A stretch of 64,000 nt of DNA from the NCBI GenBank assembly GCA_965153285.1, contig OZ229115.1; one strand, written 5' to 3'. Below are positions 37,252 to 49,743 of this stretch, piece after piece. This DNA comes from Podarcis tiliguerta. Taxonomy: Eukaryota. The notes below the pieces were generated by a model that was not told the DNA's origin, ran no database searches, and was given only the letters and a program-made list of their open reading frames with translations. Every line of letters starts with the position of its first letter. The first letter of the stretch is position 1. Both the position numbers and the translations under genes were made by a program.

Positions 37252-40200
37252 TACCAGATATTAAACAATGTGCATTGAGTGAGACTGCACCAAGCACCAT
37301 GTCACCCTCTTAAGCATCTTGCCCCCAAAGGGGACATTTGCCACTGAGTGATAGCTGCTTAGCACTTTAAAGTCCAGGGGGGACCTCTTAAGAAGGGGAT
37401 GACCACCACCTCCTTCAAGGAGAATGATACTTCCCCCACCTCCAATGAAGCACTGATCACTCCCTGTACCTGCCCAGTCAACCCTTATGACTAGCTTTAA
37501 GAAGCCGAGATGGGCAAAGGGTGACAGTTTGTCAGTCACACATTTTCAAGCTGTTTTTCTACATCCTCACATCACAATTGATCCAGTACAGATGAAACAG
37601 TTCACTGAATGCCTCAATTGGACTTGTTCTAACTATTTTTTAAATGAAACTGTACTATACAAGTATTTCAATAAATAAAGTAAAAATATCCATCTTTAAT
37701 AAGATGTTAGAGTAGCGCTCAAGGCAACTACAACTGTCCCTTAAAAAAAAAGTCAGACTTTCTGTGGTAAGAAGAAAGACAGAAGCAGCACAGGGGAAAA
37801 ACAGGAGGGTTACAATACTGGGCAATGTTGTTGTGTGACCCCACTGTGAAATATAAGCACCTAAGGCAGGGCAATTCCACACTAAACACCTGTTGTGGAA
37901 GCAGACTAACTCCCAGCTACTCACTCCCTCAGCCAGAAAACTTTCTAGGATTGAAACATTTCCCAAGATCTCCCTTTCATACGCTTTTGCAAAAAACCTA
38001 TCAAACCAACTCCCAAGTGAGCGCACCAGAGGTTGGGCCCCTCCCCTTCCCAAGGCACATGGTTATTGATATTTGATTCTTGCTTTGCCAGATCAAAACC
38101 GGTGCAGCCCACTCAGACAATCCCCATTCCTAAATCAGGCCATCCTCTCTCCCATGGGGTGCTGGCAGGAGTGGCAGTTGAGCTGTATCAGTGAGGGGGG
38201 GACCTGCACTCCCGCATGCTGACTCCATCCACCCCCAAAAGCCCTTTCTTCCCATTAACTCAGGGATCCTGTATACAGGAGAGAGAGAGAGAGAGAGAGA
38301 AGCCCCCTTTTCACTATTCTAATCCCCTTCCTTCTAATTAGGGCCTGCAGCCCCCTCCTCAAGTATGTTTCTCTTTTTATTAGGGAAACAGTTGCCAACT
38401 GAGGCAGGAAAACACCCGCCTACCCCTTTATCCCCTGGCTTGTTTGCCTCCAATTCATTCCTGGGGCCCGGTTGGCTGGGGGGAAACATTCCTATTTCCC
38501 TCAGTCTAAAGAAAAATGGCTGCTAATTAGTGGCATGAATAGCTTCAACCTCCCCACCCGCCCTTTACTCACCTGCTTGTGAGGAAGAAGCTTAGCAGGC
38601 ATCTGACCAAGAAGAATGCCAGGCAATGGCGGAGAAAGTGCATTAAAAAAACCCTGAACATAATATTACAAAAGGTTGATGCAAATATCACTTCTCCTGC
38701 AGCTTCATGAAGCCTGTTGGCATCCAAGAAGTAAACTAGAGTGTCACACGACATCATTTTGATAACTTCCGACAACCGCTTTGGTATAATCATGTTACTT
38801 TAGGTATCCTAGCCTCTTCTTAATACTGATAGTGAAATTAACAGAAAAATAAATTAAAGGATAAAAGCTAGGGCACTGTAATCAGCAAGGAGACCAATGC
38901 AAAAAGTTATCCTTTTTATAATCTATATTATTTTTTACTCTTGTATTTTCTCGTGCTCCTAGCCCACTTTTTTCCATCATGGAAGCCAAGGATGTGTCAC
39001 TTGTGGATCTGAGAAGGTCACTCATCCGGCCCTCAACAGAGCCAGGCCTATTTAGCCTTTGCAGGGTGGTACCCTGATGTGACTTCAGGCTGCACCCTGA
39101 ACTATGTGGACGTTATAGCTACTTCAGAGCTACTTCCACAAGGAAGCATCTCTGTGGAAAGTCTCGTTAGTTCCCAGCACATCATACTGTAGTAGTGTTA
39201 TAAATATCCTATCTCTGTGTGTATGCCTCCTAGAGGACAAAGCAGTGTCTGCCTCTGAACACATGCACAGACGTGCAGGCATGCAGTTGCACACACAGAC
39301 ATGTCCCTGGGGCCACACAGTGGGTGGTTTTGGCCTGGGAGAGGAGAGCGCACGCACAAGCACACACACACACCCCTTGCCCCCAAAATCGCAACTCCAC
39401 AGTTCTTACTCACCACTCCCTGTCTGTACGGAGGAATTGGAAGTGTTACCTAAGCCAGACTCACTGGGGTGCCTCACCCACAAACCAGCTGACTTCCTCA
39501 GCAGCGCTTCAGTCTGCCAGATGGTTATCATGGGAATGCCTCACACTGCAGACAGCAGGGTGTGTGGAGGGGACTTGGAGCAGGAACCCATTCCAAAGAT
39601 TCATAATAATCATTACCTTTTCTTAAAGCAGCTTCAGCATGACTGGATGAGCCAAGGGGGGGTGAGGAATGCATCCTGATCAGGGTGATTCATCCAGCTG
39701 GTTGGTACCCGCCTCTGCTCCCCCAGGCCCAATTGATGGCTAAGGGGGCATCAATCAATCACTGATCAGCAGCTGAGATGCCTGTCTGTGCCAAGGAACC
39801 CAGTGAGGGACTGGATTTCTGATGTGAGCTTGTCTGGAACTACAGGAACAATTGCTTTCTCTCTCTCGCCCCATTACTGGGTGAGACTCCATCCTGGGAG
39901 GGAGGGAGGGAGGGGGCTGAAGAAAACGGAGAGGGAGAAAGAAAAGATGTGCCCACTGTGTCTCATTTCCCAGCCAGACCCAAAATAGAGTGCTGTCCCA
40001 ACATGCAGGAATCAGAATCCTGCTTTCAATAAATCTTGCCAGTCTTGGCAAGATTTGTGGATCCTTTAATGTGTACCCCACCCCCCACCTCGCTACTTGC
40101 CAAGAAGATTATTGGATTCACATGAAAAACATAATTAACACCAAAAATGGCTTGGGGAGAAAGAGAAAGAAAAGCATGCAGCGGTTGTAAGTACACTTAT

Positions 40201-40296
40201 TTGGAAATAAATTCTATTGAGTTGAATGGGATGTGCTCCTAACGTTGAGGACTTAGGAGGGAGAGAAGGACTGGAACACACACAAACACATGCGCG

Positions 40297-40319
40297 TACA
40301 CACACACACACACACACAC
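40297..40319. repeat. (CA)n microsatellite
   Basis: Direct inspection. Confidence 0.9.
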
Positions 40320-40909
40320 CAGAAGCGGATGGGGAAAATACAGTAACTCCCCAAACTCCATTTTGGTATATGGAGATTTATAATATAAAATAACATTTTG
40401 TACAAAAATTAATAGGAATTGCTACTTATCCATCCTAAAGTCAACAAAATTCAAGGTAGATGTTAAATTCCAAATGAATTCAATAAAAGATGGCTTTGTG
40501 CTAAGACTAATGGGCTTTTGGAACTCAGTGCCCCAGGACATGAGCAACTGTTTAAACAAATGAGGTGAAGAGTAACTGGATGGTGGCAGCAGACGGAGAC
40601 AAAAATGCTTGCAGCCCAAAGAATACTAGAGGGCCTTATCCATGTACATATAAATATAACTTGCTTAAGTATTTTAATGTTAACTTTGTTGGAGCTGTAT
40701 ACATGCCACAAAGCTATGGTACCTTGCACAAAATATGAGTAAGTTATTAGTCATCTAAATAAATTTAGTGGACCATTATTTTCGTTCCACCTGCCATAAT
40801 GCATAACAAAAAACTCCAAGGAAATTTTGAATTAAGCCTCTGTTCGGGGAGGGCCCCTATCCCTGTTGCTAACATGTTTCCATCGGACACATTGGACTAA
40901 ATTATTCTT

Positions 40910-41072
40910 ATTGTGGAACGCCCTCCCATCAGATGTTAAAGAGATAAACAACTACCTGACATTCAGAACACATCTGAAGACAGCCCTGTTCAGGGAAGTT
41001 TTTAATGTGTGACATCTTAGTGTATTTTTGGTCTTTGTTGGAAGCTGCCCAGAGTGGGCGGGGAAAAATAAA

Positions 41073-41120
<48 letters not shown>
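40910..41120 (+). mobile_element. L2 LINE 3' end with (TAT)n tail
   Basis: TTGTGGAACGCCCTCCCATCAGATG (LWNALPSD)...CTGAAGACAGCCCTGTTC; GGAAGCTGCCCAGAGTGG; (TAT)n at about 41078-41120. Confidence 0.85.
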
Positions 41121-44100
41121 TGAATCTAGCAGATAGATGATTCACACAACCAAACTAGGAAAGTGTGTGTGGGGGGGGACGACTCTCTTTGTTTGGTAGA
41201 TTGACTTGGTATACTTCCAGACCAGGGCCTTATATTACAAACAGTTTACATTGCAAACGTTTGTAAAGATCTGACTGTAATGTGTGCAAGTTTGGCACAT
41301 CAACTTCTTCACATTCCTCTTTTTTAAGTCATGGATACTCGTTGCTATTCTCCTGCATATCATCCACACCAGTGGGTGGAGCTTTTCTGCCCCTCCTCTC
41401 AATTCTCAGCCCTCCACTATATTTTCATGCTCTGGGCATGTGCACACCTTTAAAAAGAATAAATCCCCGGAAGTATACAAGAACAAACATCACCAGCCTT
41501 AATTACTATGTTTCATAATGTGCAAAATTGAGGCTTTGTTGTGCTGGTTGATTGGGGGCGATATCCATTTTCATTTCCCCTTTCCATTTCCAATACTGAG
41601 CTCTTGCATAAGAATATTTACCTGACTTGCATAAGGCTTGCATAAGAGTGATGAAGAGGTCTTGCACAAGGCCTCCCTATTAGGTTTTTTTTTTTTTTTA
41701 ATGTATATGCCGCATACAGTCTCTAGAATAATCCCTCACACATGAGCAGTGTGGAGACAGTTCCTCCAAATCGGATTGTTTCAGTTTGGGATTTGCTTTC
41801 AGCATGCATCAATCAGTGGGAATAGACATGCTTGTATCATTTGGGCCACCTGAAACAAATGAGAAGCAAACAGAAATAGGAGTAGACTGATAAGGACCAC
41901 CTACCAAAGTAAATGCACTAACAAGCATCCACAACAGTGGTCACTTTGGATGTACAACAGTGGTTTTTCCATGTTAAAAGTATGAGCTGGCATTTTGATG
42001 CTGACAGCATCAGTGGCAGCTGTGAAAAGCATGCATGCACGAGCAGCACTGTTTCCTCAATAAACTCTTACTTGGGAGCATGCCTGAGCTGTGAGGATTT
42101 GAGGTGAATGACAGACATCATTGCACACTATCGGATGCTGAGCCAGTCACCTAAGCATGGTGGGGCTGCCCTTGTCAGAGACCGGTCAGAGACCGAAGGC
42201 CTGGTTGTATGAAACAAGGAGTTTCTCCACCCTGCTTGACGGTTCCTGCGGTGTCCTCATGGCATCAAGGAGCATGAACTCTGGAGCATGGATTCTGTGT
42301 CAAGGGAATCCAAAATGAATGTTAAATCTAAGACAGGAAGGAGGAGGAAGAGGAGCACAGATGCCTGCTGCAATGAGCTTACATTGAAGCAGCATGGAGA
42401 GTGGAGTGGGGCGGGTAGGGCTGGATAACAGAGGAAGGGGATGAGAGGGATAAATGTGAACACGTGCAAAAATACCCTGATTTTGAAGATCAGATTAGTG
42501 GGTTCAGCAGGGCTTCTAAATTTCAGCCCCCTTGCAAAAAGTGCTTCTGGCTGTGTTGCCGCTCCCTCCACCAGCCCATGTGGATGGATTGCACAGCCAG
42601 CTTTTGCAGTGGGCTAATGGGAAGGACACTTCCTGCATTTGCATTTGTGTGTTGTGGTGGAACCAGGAGCACAGGAAACTGCTCCGGACAGGCCCTGAGG
42701 GAAGACTTCCACAAGGCTGTGTCTCCCTATTCACTGGGGGTGGGCATTCCCCTCACCCACCACACTCCACGCCTGATCTTTCCAGGCAGTCCATAGGCTA
42801 AGCCAGCTGTTTGATCTCTATGGGGGAGCAAGGAAGGGCTGCTCTGCCTCCATGTGTGGCCCTCGCACTGGGCCAAATTACTTTAAGGTGGGTGAAAAAT
42901 CAATTGACAATTTGTTTGGAAATAGTACTTAGTTGCTCCCTGCCAACTTGGGAGGCTGCATGGAGTGAGGCCGTGCGAGGGTTGGTCACTGACCAAAGCT
43001 TTTACCTAACTATGATTACAGAGCAACAGGAAGGGCAGTGATCAAAACGGCAAAACAAGGTTGTAATTGTGCAATTGCCAGCACTTTAAATAGGGCTGTA
43101 ATTCAGGAGATGTTTGATAACATTTTGGCAACTGGGTAGATATTTTACAGATGGTGAGCATTTAAAAATCTATTGTAGAGAAAAACAGAGTAAAAACAAA
43201 ATTCTATCATATAAAATATGAGCAGGCTGACTAAACTTTATTGCATAAGCTGCTCTGTGAATATTTATATTGAAAGGTGGCATAGAAATTTTAAAAATAA
43301 AATAAAGTTAAGGAAGGATCAGTGTGTGTGTATGTGTCTGGTGTGGTTGCAGCATGGATGCCTGAAGACAAAAATATGATGGGTGTATTGGTTCTGTCTT
43401 CAAAAAAACAAAGAAGAAAACACTGAAAAGGTTTGTGGCAAATAGAGTGTGCCCAACACATTTTGGAGGCTTGCCTTTTTCAGAGAAGAAAGATTTTGTT
43501 CCACTTATTGTGGTAATTTACAATAAGCTACCACAATGAATGGAACAAAATCCTTTTGCCCCTGAAAAAGGAAGAATGTGTTGGGTACACTACATTACCC
43601 ATAAATCTCATTTTGAGCACAATTCCTGAGGAGGCTTCAAACTCTTTGGTGGTGGTTGCTTTCAATTCCCTTGGCATTACCCCAGCCTTTTTCCTGATCT
43701 GTGTCTTGCCTCTTCACAGGCACGCACTCACTCACACATATCGGGTTAATTATGTTCACTCAAATGGCAGAATAAGTTTCTGCTCTGGACAAGTGGACAA
43801 GTGGTAAGAAGCTGGACTTTCTTATGGAGTGATAAGTGGTCAAAGAAGAAGAAGAAACAGAGATCAGTAATAAACAGATAGTTCTTGCAATGTTAGTGAA
43901 CTACCACATGTACACACCTGCCATGGACTCATGATAGGAAATTGTCAGGACAACACTTGAACATGCTTACTCAAAAGGAAGTCCCAATGCATTCAGTGGC
44001 ATTTGCTGTCTGCTAATAAGAATACTTAGGATTCTTACTTTGCATCATAGATTAAAAGAGCATTGTTGTGACAGGCAGTGGAGGGCAGGGGGAAGAGCTA

Positions 44101-44441
44101 CCTATGCCAGCCAGTTCCTTGGAGAACTCAGAGCAGGATAAAACTCTAGGTAGATAAGCAGCATGGCCATGCAAAAACCCAGCCATGGTCACTTAGCCCA
44201 ATCTACAATGTCATGCATAGAATAAGGCTAAAAGAATTATATGCAGCATCAATTTCAAGGATCACAATACTGTATACACCAGAGGGGTTAGGTCTTCTGT
44301 CACTCTTTTTTCAGAGCTGGTCAACTATTCTGAACATTTAAAATGTAGCCAAGCAGCACCACCTGCAGGTAAATCTGCAGTATAGTCGACGTCCCAAGCA
44401 ATGAGAGTTTACTATGGTCCATAGTGGATCTGCAACACTGA

Positions 44442-44615
44442 GGCCAGAGACACATCTGCACGTTTAAAGCACTATTATACCACTTTAACAGCGTGGCTTC
44501 CTCCAGAGAATTCTGGGAACTATAGTTCATCAAGGGTGCTGAGAGCTGTTAGAGGCCCCTATTCCCCCCTCGGAGCAACAATTCCTGGAGTGGTTTAACA
44601 ATCAATCCCTTTTCA
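44442..44615. mobile_element. Truncated lizard DNA-transposon-like repeat
   Basis: TTTAAAGCACTATTATACCACTTTAACAG...GAATTCTGGGAACTATAGTT...AAGGGTGCTGAGAG; recognised as a common lacertid repeat, family not assigned. Confidence 0.45.
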
Positions 44616-44635
44616 CAGCAGCTACTACTTGCTTT

Positions 44636-45067
44636 TAGTGATGTATGGAAGTGAGAGCTGACCATCAAGAAGGCTGATCGCCGAAGAATTGATGCTTTTG
44701 AATTATGGTGCTGGAGGAGACTCTTGAGAGTCCCATAGACTGCAAGAAGATCAAACCTATCCATTCTTAAGGAAATCAGCCCTGAGTGCTCACTGGAAGG
44801 ACAGATCCTGAAGCTGAGACTCTAATACTTTGGGCACCTCATGAGAAGAGAAGACTCCCTGGAAAAGACCCTGATGTTGGGAAAGATGGAGGGCACAAGG
44901 AGAAGGGGACGACAGAGGACGAGATGGTTGGACAGTGTTCTCGAAGCTACAAACATGAATCTGACCAAACTGCGGGAGGCAGTGGAAGACAGAAGTGCCT
45001 GGCGTGCTTTGGTCCATGGGGTCACGAAGAGTCGGACACGATTAAACGACTGAACAACAACAACAAC
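44636..45067 (+). mobile_element. Bov-B (RTE) LINE, 5'-truncated insertion with intact TSD
   Basis: Bov-B ORF2 C-terminus, (CAA)n tail, and a 12-bp TSD ACTACTTGCTTT at 44624-44635 and 45068-45079. Confidence 0.95.
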
Positions 45068-45384
45068 ACTACTTGCTTTATGCAATAAATAACAACTACT
45101 ACATGTGTACTGCTGTGAGTCATCCCCACTAGGATTTTCTTTATCACAGAAACCACTGATCAGTTTTAATCACTTAAGGCACTGCACCCTTTGGGAGATC
45201 TACCACCCTCCTCGGATTTGATGAAAAGGAGAAAATAGCATACTTGTATGTGGATGACCTCCACCAACTGTTTCATTCTAGACAATAAAAAGCATGGGGG
45301 ACAAAACTGAACCCAACAGAACACCTCTCACAGGAATGTACAGTAGCCTCCTAGCACCTTCTGGAATCTGCTTTCCAAGAAGAA

Positions 45385-45964
45385 GTTGGAAAGATATACA
45401 ATGAGATGAAAAAAATGTTGAAATTTATATTTATAAAGAAACCAGAAGCATTTTTACTGGGCATTGTAGGAAGTGATATAAATAGAAAAGATTTTAAGCT
45501 GTTTTCATATGCAACGACGGCAGCAAGAATATTACTGGCACAAAAATGGAAGCAAGAAGAATCACCAACGAAAGAAGAATGGAGGATGAAATTGATGGAT
45601 TATGCAGAATTAGATAAACTAACAGGAAGAATTCGAAATCTGCGGGACCAGAGATTCACAGAAGACTGGAGTAAATTTACGGACTATTTGAAAAGTAATT
45701 GTGATGATCAGATTACGTTTGTAGGTTTGCAAGAACTTTTGTGAAGTGAATTGTTTGAATTATTGCAAAAATGGATAAAGGGGAGGATGGTTAGTTAAGA
45801 CAATTAAAGGCAATATGAATTTAAGAAATGCTGAAGAAGTGATAAGAATCGTGGATCATCAGAGGTGTTGGTGGAAGTCCAAAAATAGATTGTATAAGAT
45901 GTGAAGTTTTGTGATATGTATTATAATTTATATGTTAAAATTAATAAAAAAATATTTTAAAAAA
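45385..45964 (+). mobile_element. L1-clade LINE 3' fragment (ORF2 C-terminus, 3'UTR, A-rich end)
   Basis: ORF 45406-45744 KKPEAFLLG...YATTAARILLAQKWK...PTKEEW...W..F..YL is typical of the squamate L1 ORF2 end; AATAAA and A-tract at about 45944-45964. Confidence 0.85.
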
Positions 45965-47249
45965 GGGGGGGGGGGAGAAATACTACAAAGCAGCATCCCT
46001 GATCCAAACTGGCAATCTAAAAGCAGGTTTGTCATCCTCATCCTGAGTTGTCTGTCTTCTGCTCTCTAACCATTGTCCCAGACCCTTCATATGAAACACT
46101 TCCCACTAAAATTGGCTATCTATTCAGTGGGACAGGGCACTAGGAACAATTGTGTCAGCCGTCCCAAGTCGATTCCAGATATCAACCAGGCCAAATCAGC
46201 TGGAATTTGGATTCCATTGGATCCAAAAGCCTCCAAGGGGGGAAATATTTGTATAGGTTCCCTGGCATTACAACATTTCAAAACTCTTGTTGCCACTATA
46301 AACACCCAATGGAAAAGGGGAATTCATCAAGGAGAAAAAGCTTGCCTTGCCCCAAACCCTCTTTCGTATGTTCACCGCTCCCCTAGCCAATTCTGGTATC
46401 CCCGCATTAGCCAACCAGGCAGCTAGAGGAAGGAGATGAAACTTCGGGAAGCGTCTGAGGCGCCAGAAGCAATGGTCAGCACTCTGCATCTCAATTGGTT
46501 GCATCACTGCTCCTTTGACAGGACAGCCATCCCTGAGTGCTGTCTTATTTTGCACAGGATAACATGTATGGGAAGCCAGCCAGTATAACCTGGAAGTTCT
46601 GGCAGTAGGCAGCTTGATGGAAGCAGGTGGCTTGTGGGTGCATTGATCAATTAACATTAAATGGTGAAGAACAAGAGGACGGGGCAAAGGCTGCAAGACT
46701 TCAGGAGAGTGAGGAGTAGCTACATTCACTGTGGTTGCTCTTTAGTGGCAGATGCCACTATGTGTGCAGGGTATGTAAGTACTATCTGCTTTCCCATTTT
46801 TAAACTGCCATAAGCCAAGCTACCTTTCAACTGATCTCTCTGAAATTTTGACAGCTTGCATCCTAAATCTTTCATTCTGACTTTTTTTATAGCAACAGGA
46901 TGAATCATATCAGTTTCCCTAAGAAACAGCATGCTCGTGATTTAAAGAATAATGAAGCTTTTAATATAGAACCGTTTCCATGACTATATACTATATGGAT
47001 GAACACTAGGAAGCCCACACAGGCTTCCTATAGGGCTGGGAAGGCCTCACATTCAGCAAGTGATGCCAATGTCCTCAAAATGTAAGGAGAGACCTGCTGG
47101 CCAGTGGTCCATCTACGTAGGCCACTTTTCCAATGTCTCTCGAGATAGACAGATGCAAACCAAGTTAGTAGCCAATGGTAGCCTTATCCTCCTACCTTCT
47201 ATATTATTCCATATTTCACAGAACGAAATCATACCCCTTGAAGCTTCAC

Positions 47250-47410
47250 TGGAACATAGGAAGCTGCCTTATACCAAGTCAATTTAGCTCAGTACAATCT
47301 ATCTAAACAGACTGACAGTCTTTTCCATTCCTACCTGGGTATGTGAGGGATTTTAACCTGGGACTGTCTGCATGCAAAGCATATGCTCATATTGCCCTGT
47401 AGCTCTTCCC
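47250..47410 (-). mobile_element. Squam3-like SINE, degenerate
   Basis: GGAACATAGGAAGCTGCCTTATAC...AACCTGGGACTGTCTGCATGCAAAGCA. Confidence 0.6.
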
Positions 47411-48941
47411 CATATGGTCTTCATCCCATCCTCTTCTCCTCCATGTGCCTGGAATCCTTCTGCCATCATACCTTCAACAATCTGTTCCAACATTCAACCT
47501 CCCCCCCTCCCACTATAGAACTGATATTTAATACAATATTTCAGCAATCAACTCACTTATCACATTACAGAGAAACAAGCAGATTTACAAACAAATTACA
47601 AACAGACTGAATGACAGGTGGCTGAGTTAACCCAAGAGCAAGATGTCCATTTTGATTCTGGCAAAGCTTTGATTCTGAGCCTGGGAAAAACTAAATTTAC
47701 CAACAAAAAATGAATGACTTCAAAATGCTTGGGAAACTTTGATAATGATAAAAATGATTCACTTCCAGAAGCTGTGGGAGAACTGACACTCCACACATTA
47801 TCCGATGGAAGTATTTTGGGTTACGTTGGACTAGAACTAAAATTCATGAAGGCATGTGTCAGGCATATGCCGAATATTGTATCATTCTTGTTGTTTATTT
47901 AATTATTTTATAAATGAAAGAAACCCCATGTATGTTCCCTTTTGGTTAATTCTTTTTGTTGCATTTTATAAGAATAAAAATATTGGTTTAAACCTGTATT
48001 TTTTCCTTTTGATAAAATGCCTTAATTTATTATCCTCTGTCGTCCCCGGTGTTGAATATGGGAATTCCCCATATGCGTTCTCCTGAAAAGTAACAGATTA
48101 AATCCATACCCACCTCATTGCAGGTCCAAAAAATGTTCCATGTCAAACCTGGAGCAAGACCATTTGCTTAGATCAGGGGGCACCAGTGTGACCACTGTGC
48201 TCACCAGTACCTCCTGTGACACCTGCAAATTGTCACAGTAAAAATAAGCTCAAACCCACCCCACCCCCCATGAAAGTCTATTGCCTTTCCTGCTCAGTTC
48301 CTGTCTTCACTGACTCATTCTCTCCTAAAATCCCTTAAACAGGCCCACATTTCTTTGGATGCCAGAACTGGACATCCACCTTCCTTTCCATTCCGAACAG
48401 AGGAGAGATGCAAAGAGCTTCTCTCTTTGAGTGAATGGTGCAGTGGCTGATGTAGGATTCTTTCTTCTTTTCTCTGTTGATGGGGCTGTATGTACCCCAG
48501 CATCATTTTGTGATTCTCTTTTTCTGTTTTTGTTTTGCCGTGGCAACCTTTTTGCATTATGCCATGCCCTTCTAGGCAGTCATTTTGCATTAAGTTATTA
48601 TTCCTGTGGCAGCGTTTTCTGACTGGTACCATTTCTGACTGGCGCCTTTTTAAAAGACAACTCTTTTCCAAAATTCCAATTTGCCTACTTGTCCAAAAAG
48701 GTTGACTACTCCTTGGTTTAGATATGTGGCGGACCATAAACCAGTACCCTCTTACATCCCAGATGGTGACCTTTTGAATATTAAAAATGCTATTAATCAC
48801 TCTCTCTGCACCTACTTCTTTCTCGTGCATATTCAGTTCTTTCAGCTTTTTCTCATCAACCAATAAACTGAAAAAGAACAAAGAAACTGGATTCAAACAG
48901 GCCTGGTCAACAGCATCATGTGTACCAGAGATCTGTTTTGC

Positions 48942-48955
48942 CCACCAGAGGGCAG
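48942..48955 (+). promoter_or_regulatory. Candidate CTCF site
   Basis: CCACCAGAGGGCAG fits CCASYAGRKGGCRS at all 14 positions. Confidence 0.55.
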
Positions 48956-49491
48956 TACAGAAGTACAAAAATGATTCTCTGCACCTAATTTTTACTAACT
49001 GAAGTTCTCTCTCTGCTTAGCTGAGTAATAAATTTGACTCTAGAATGGACAGTGATCCAATGGGTGTGTCTGAGTGAGCCAAATATGTTCTTGGTAAATG
49101 CTCATATAATTTGACAGGGGATTCCTGTACAGTACTTTTTGAAACCTTGCTTACCACTCTACTTTCCCCCTTCTGCATCCCCATATGCCCACCAACCCTC
49201 TATAATTAGGGCAATTGCCAAGAAGCACAGTAGGCAATCTTGATCCTCCTCCCTCAGCCTGTTCTACTTCATGGGCTTGTTGTGAGGATAAGAAACTCAG
49301 AGCTCTTTGGAGGAAAGGAGATTATATCAGGTTGGTAGAGGTTGATATCCAATCAGACATGGAGTGTATTTTTAATACACATTTTTCTCAGGGCTACTGA
49401 GTTTGGAAACAGAGCACATTCTGTGAAATTATATTTTGCCCACAGGTCTGGCTTTTTGGCATAGTCCCACAACATGTCTGGGAATGAGATA

Positions 49492-49743
49492 CAGTGGTAC
49501 CTCGGGTTAAGTACTTACTTCGTTCCGGAGGTCCGTTCTTAACCTGTAACTGTTCTTAACCTGAAGCACCACTTTAGCTAATGGGGCCTCCTGCTGCCGC
49601 CGTGCCGCCAAAGCACGATTTCTGTTCTCATCCTGAAGCAAAGTTCTTAACCGGAAGCACTATTTCTGGGTTAGTGGAGTCTGTAAGAGTCTGTAACCTG
49701 AAGCGTATGTAACCTGAAGCATATGTAACCTGAGGTACCACTG
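49492..49743 (+). mobile_element. Tc1/mariner MITE, family A, copy 4
   Basis: TA|CAGTGGTACCTC...GAGGTACCACTG|TA. Confidence 0.93.

Noticed and set aside
45406-45744. 112-aa ORF as a host gene
   Set aside because: It is the C-terminus of L1 ORF2.
48315-48968. Longest ORF in the track (217 aa)
   Set aside because: No recognisable domain, no ATG start, and it appears to cross repeat-derived and low-complexity sequence.
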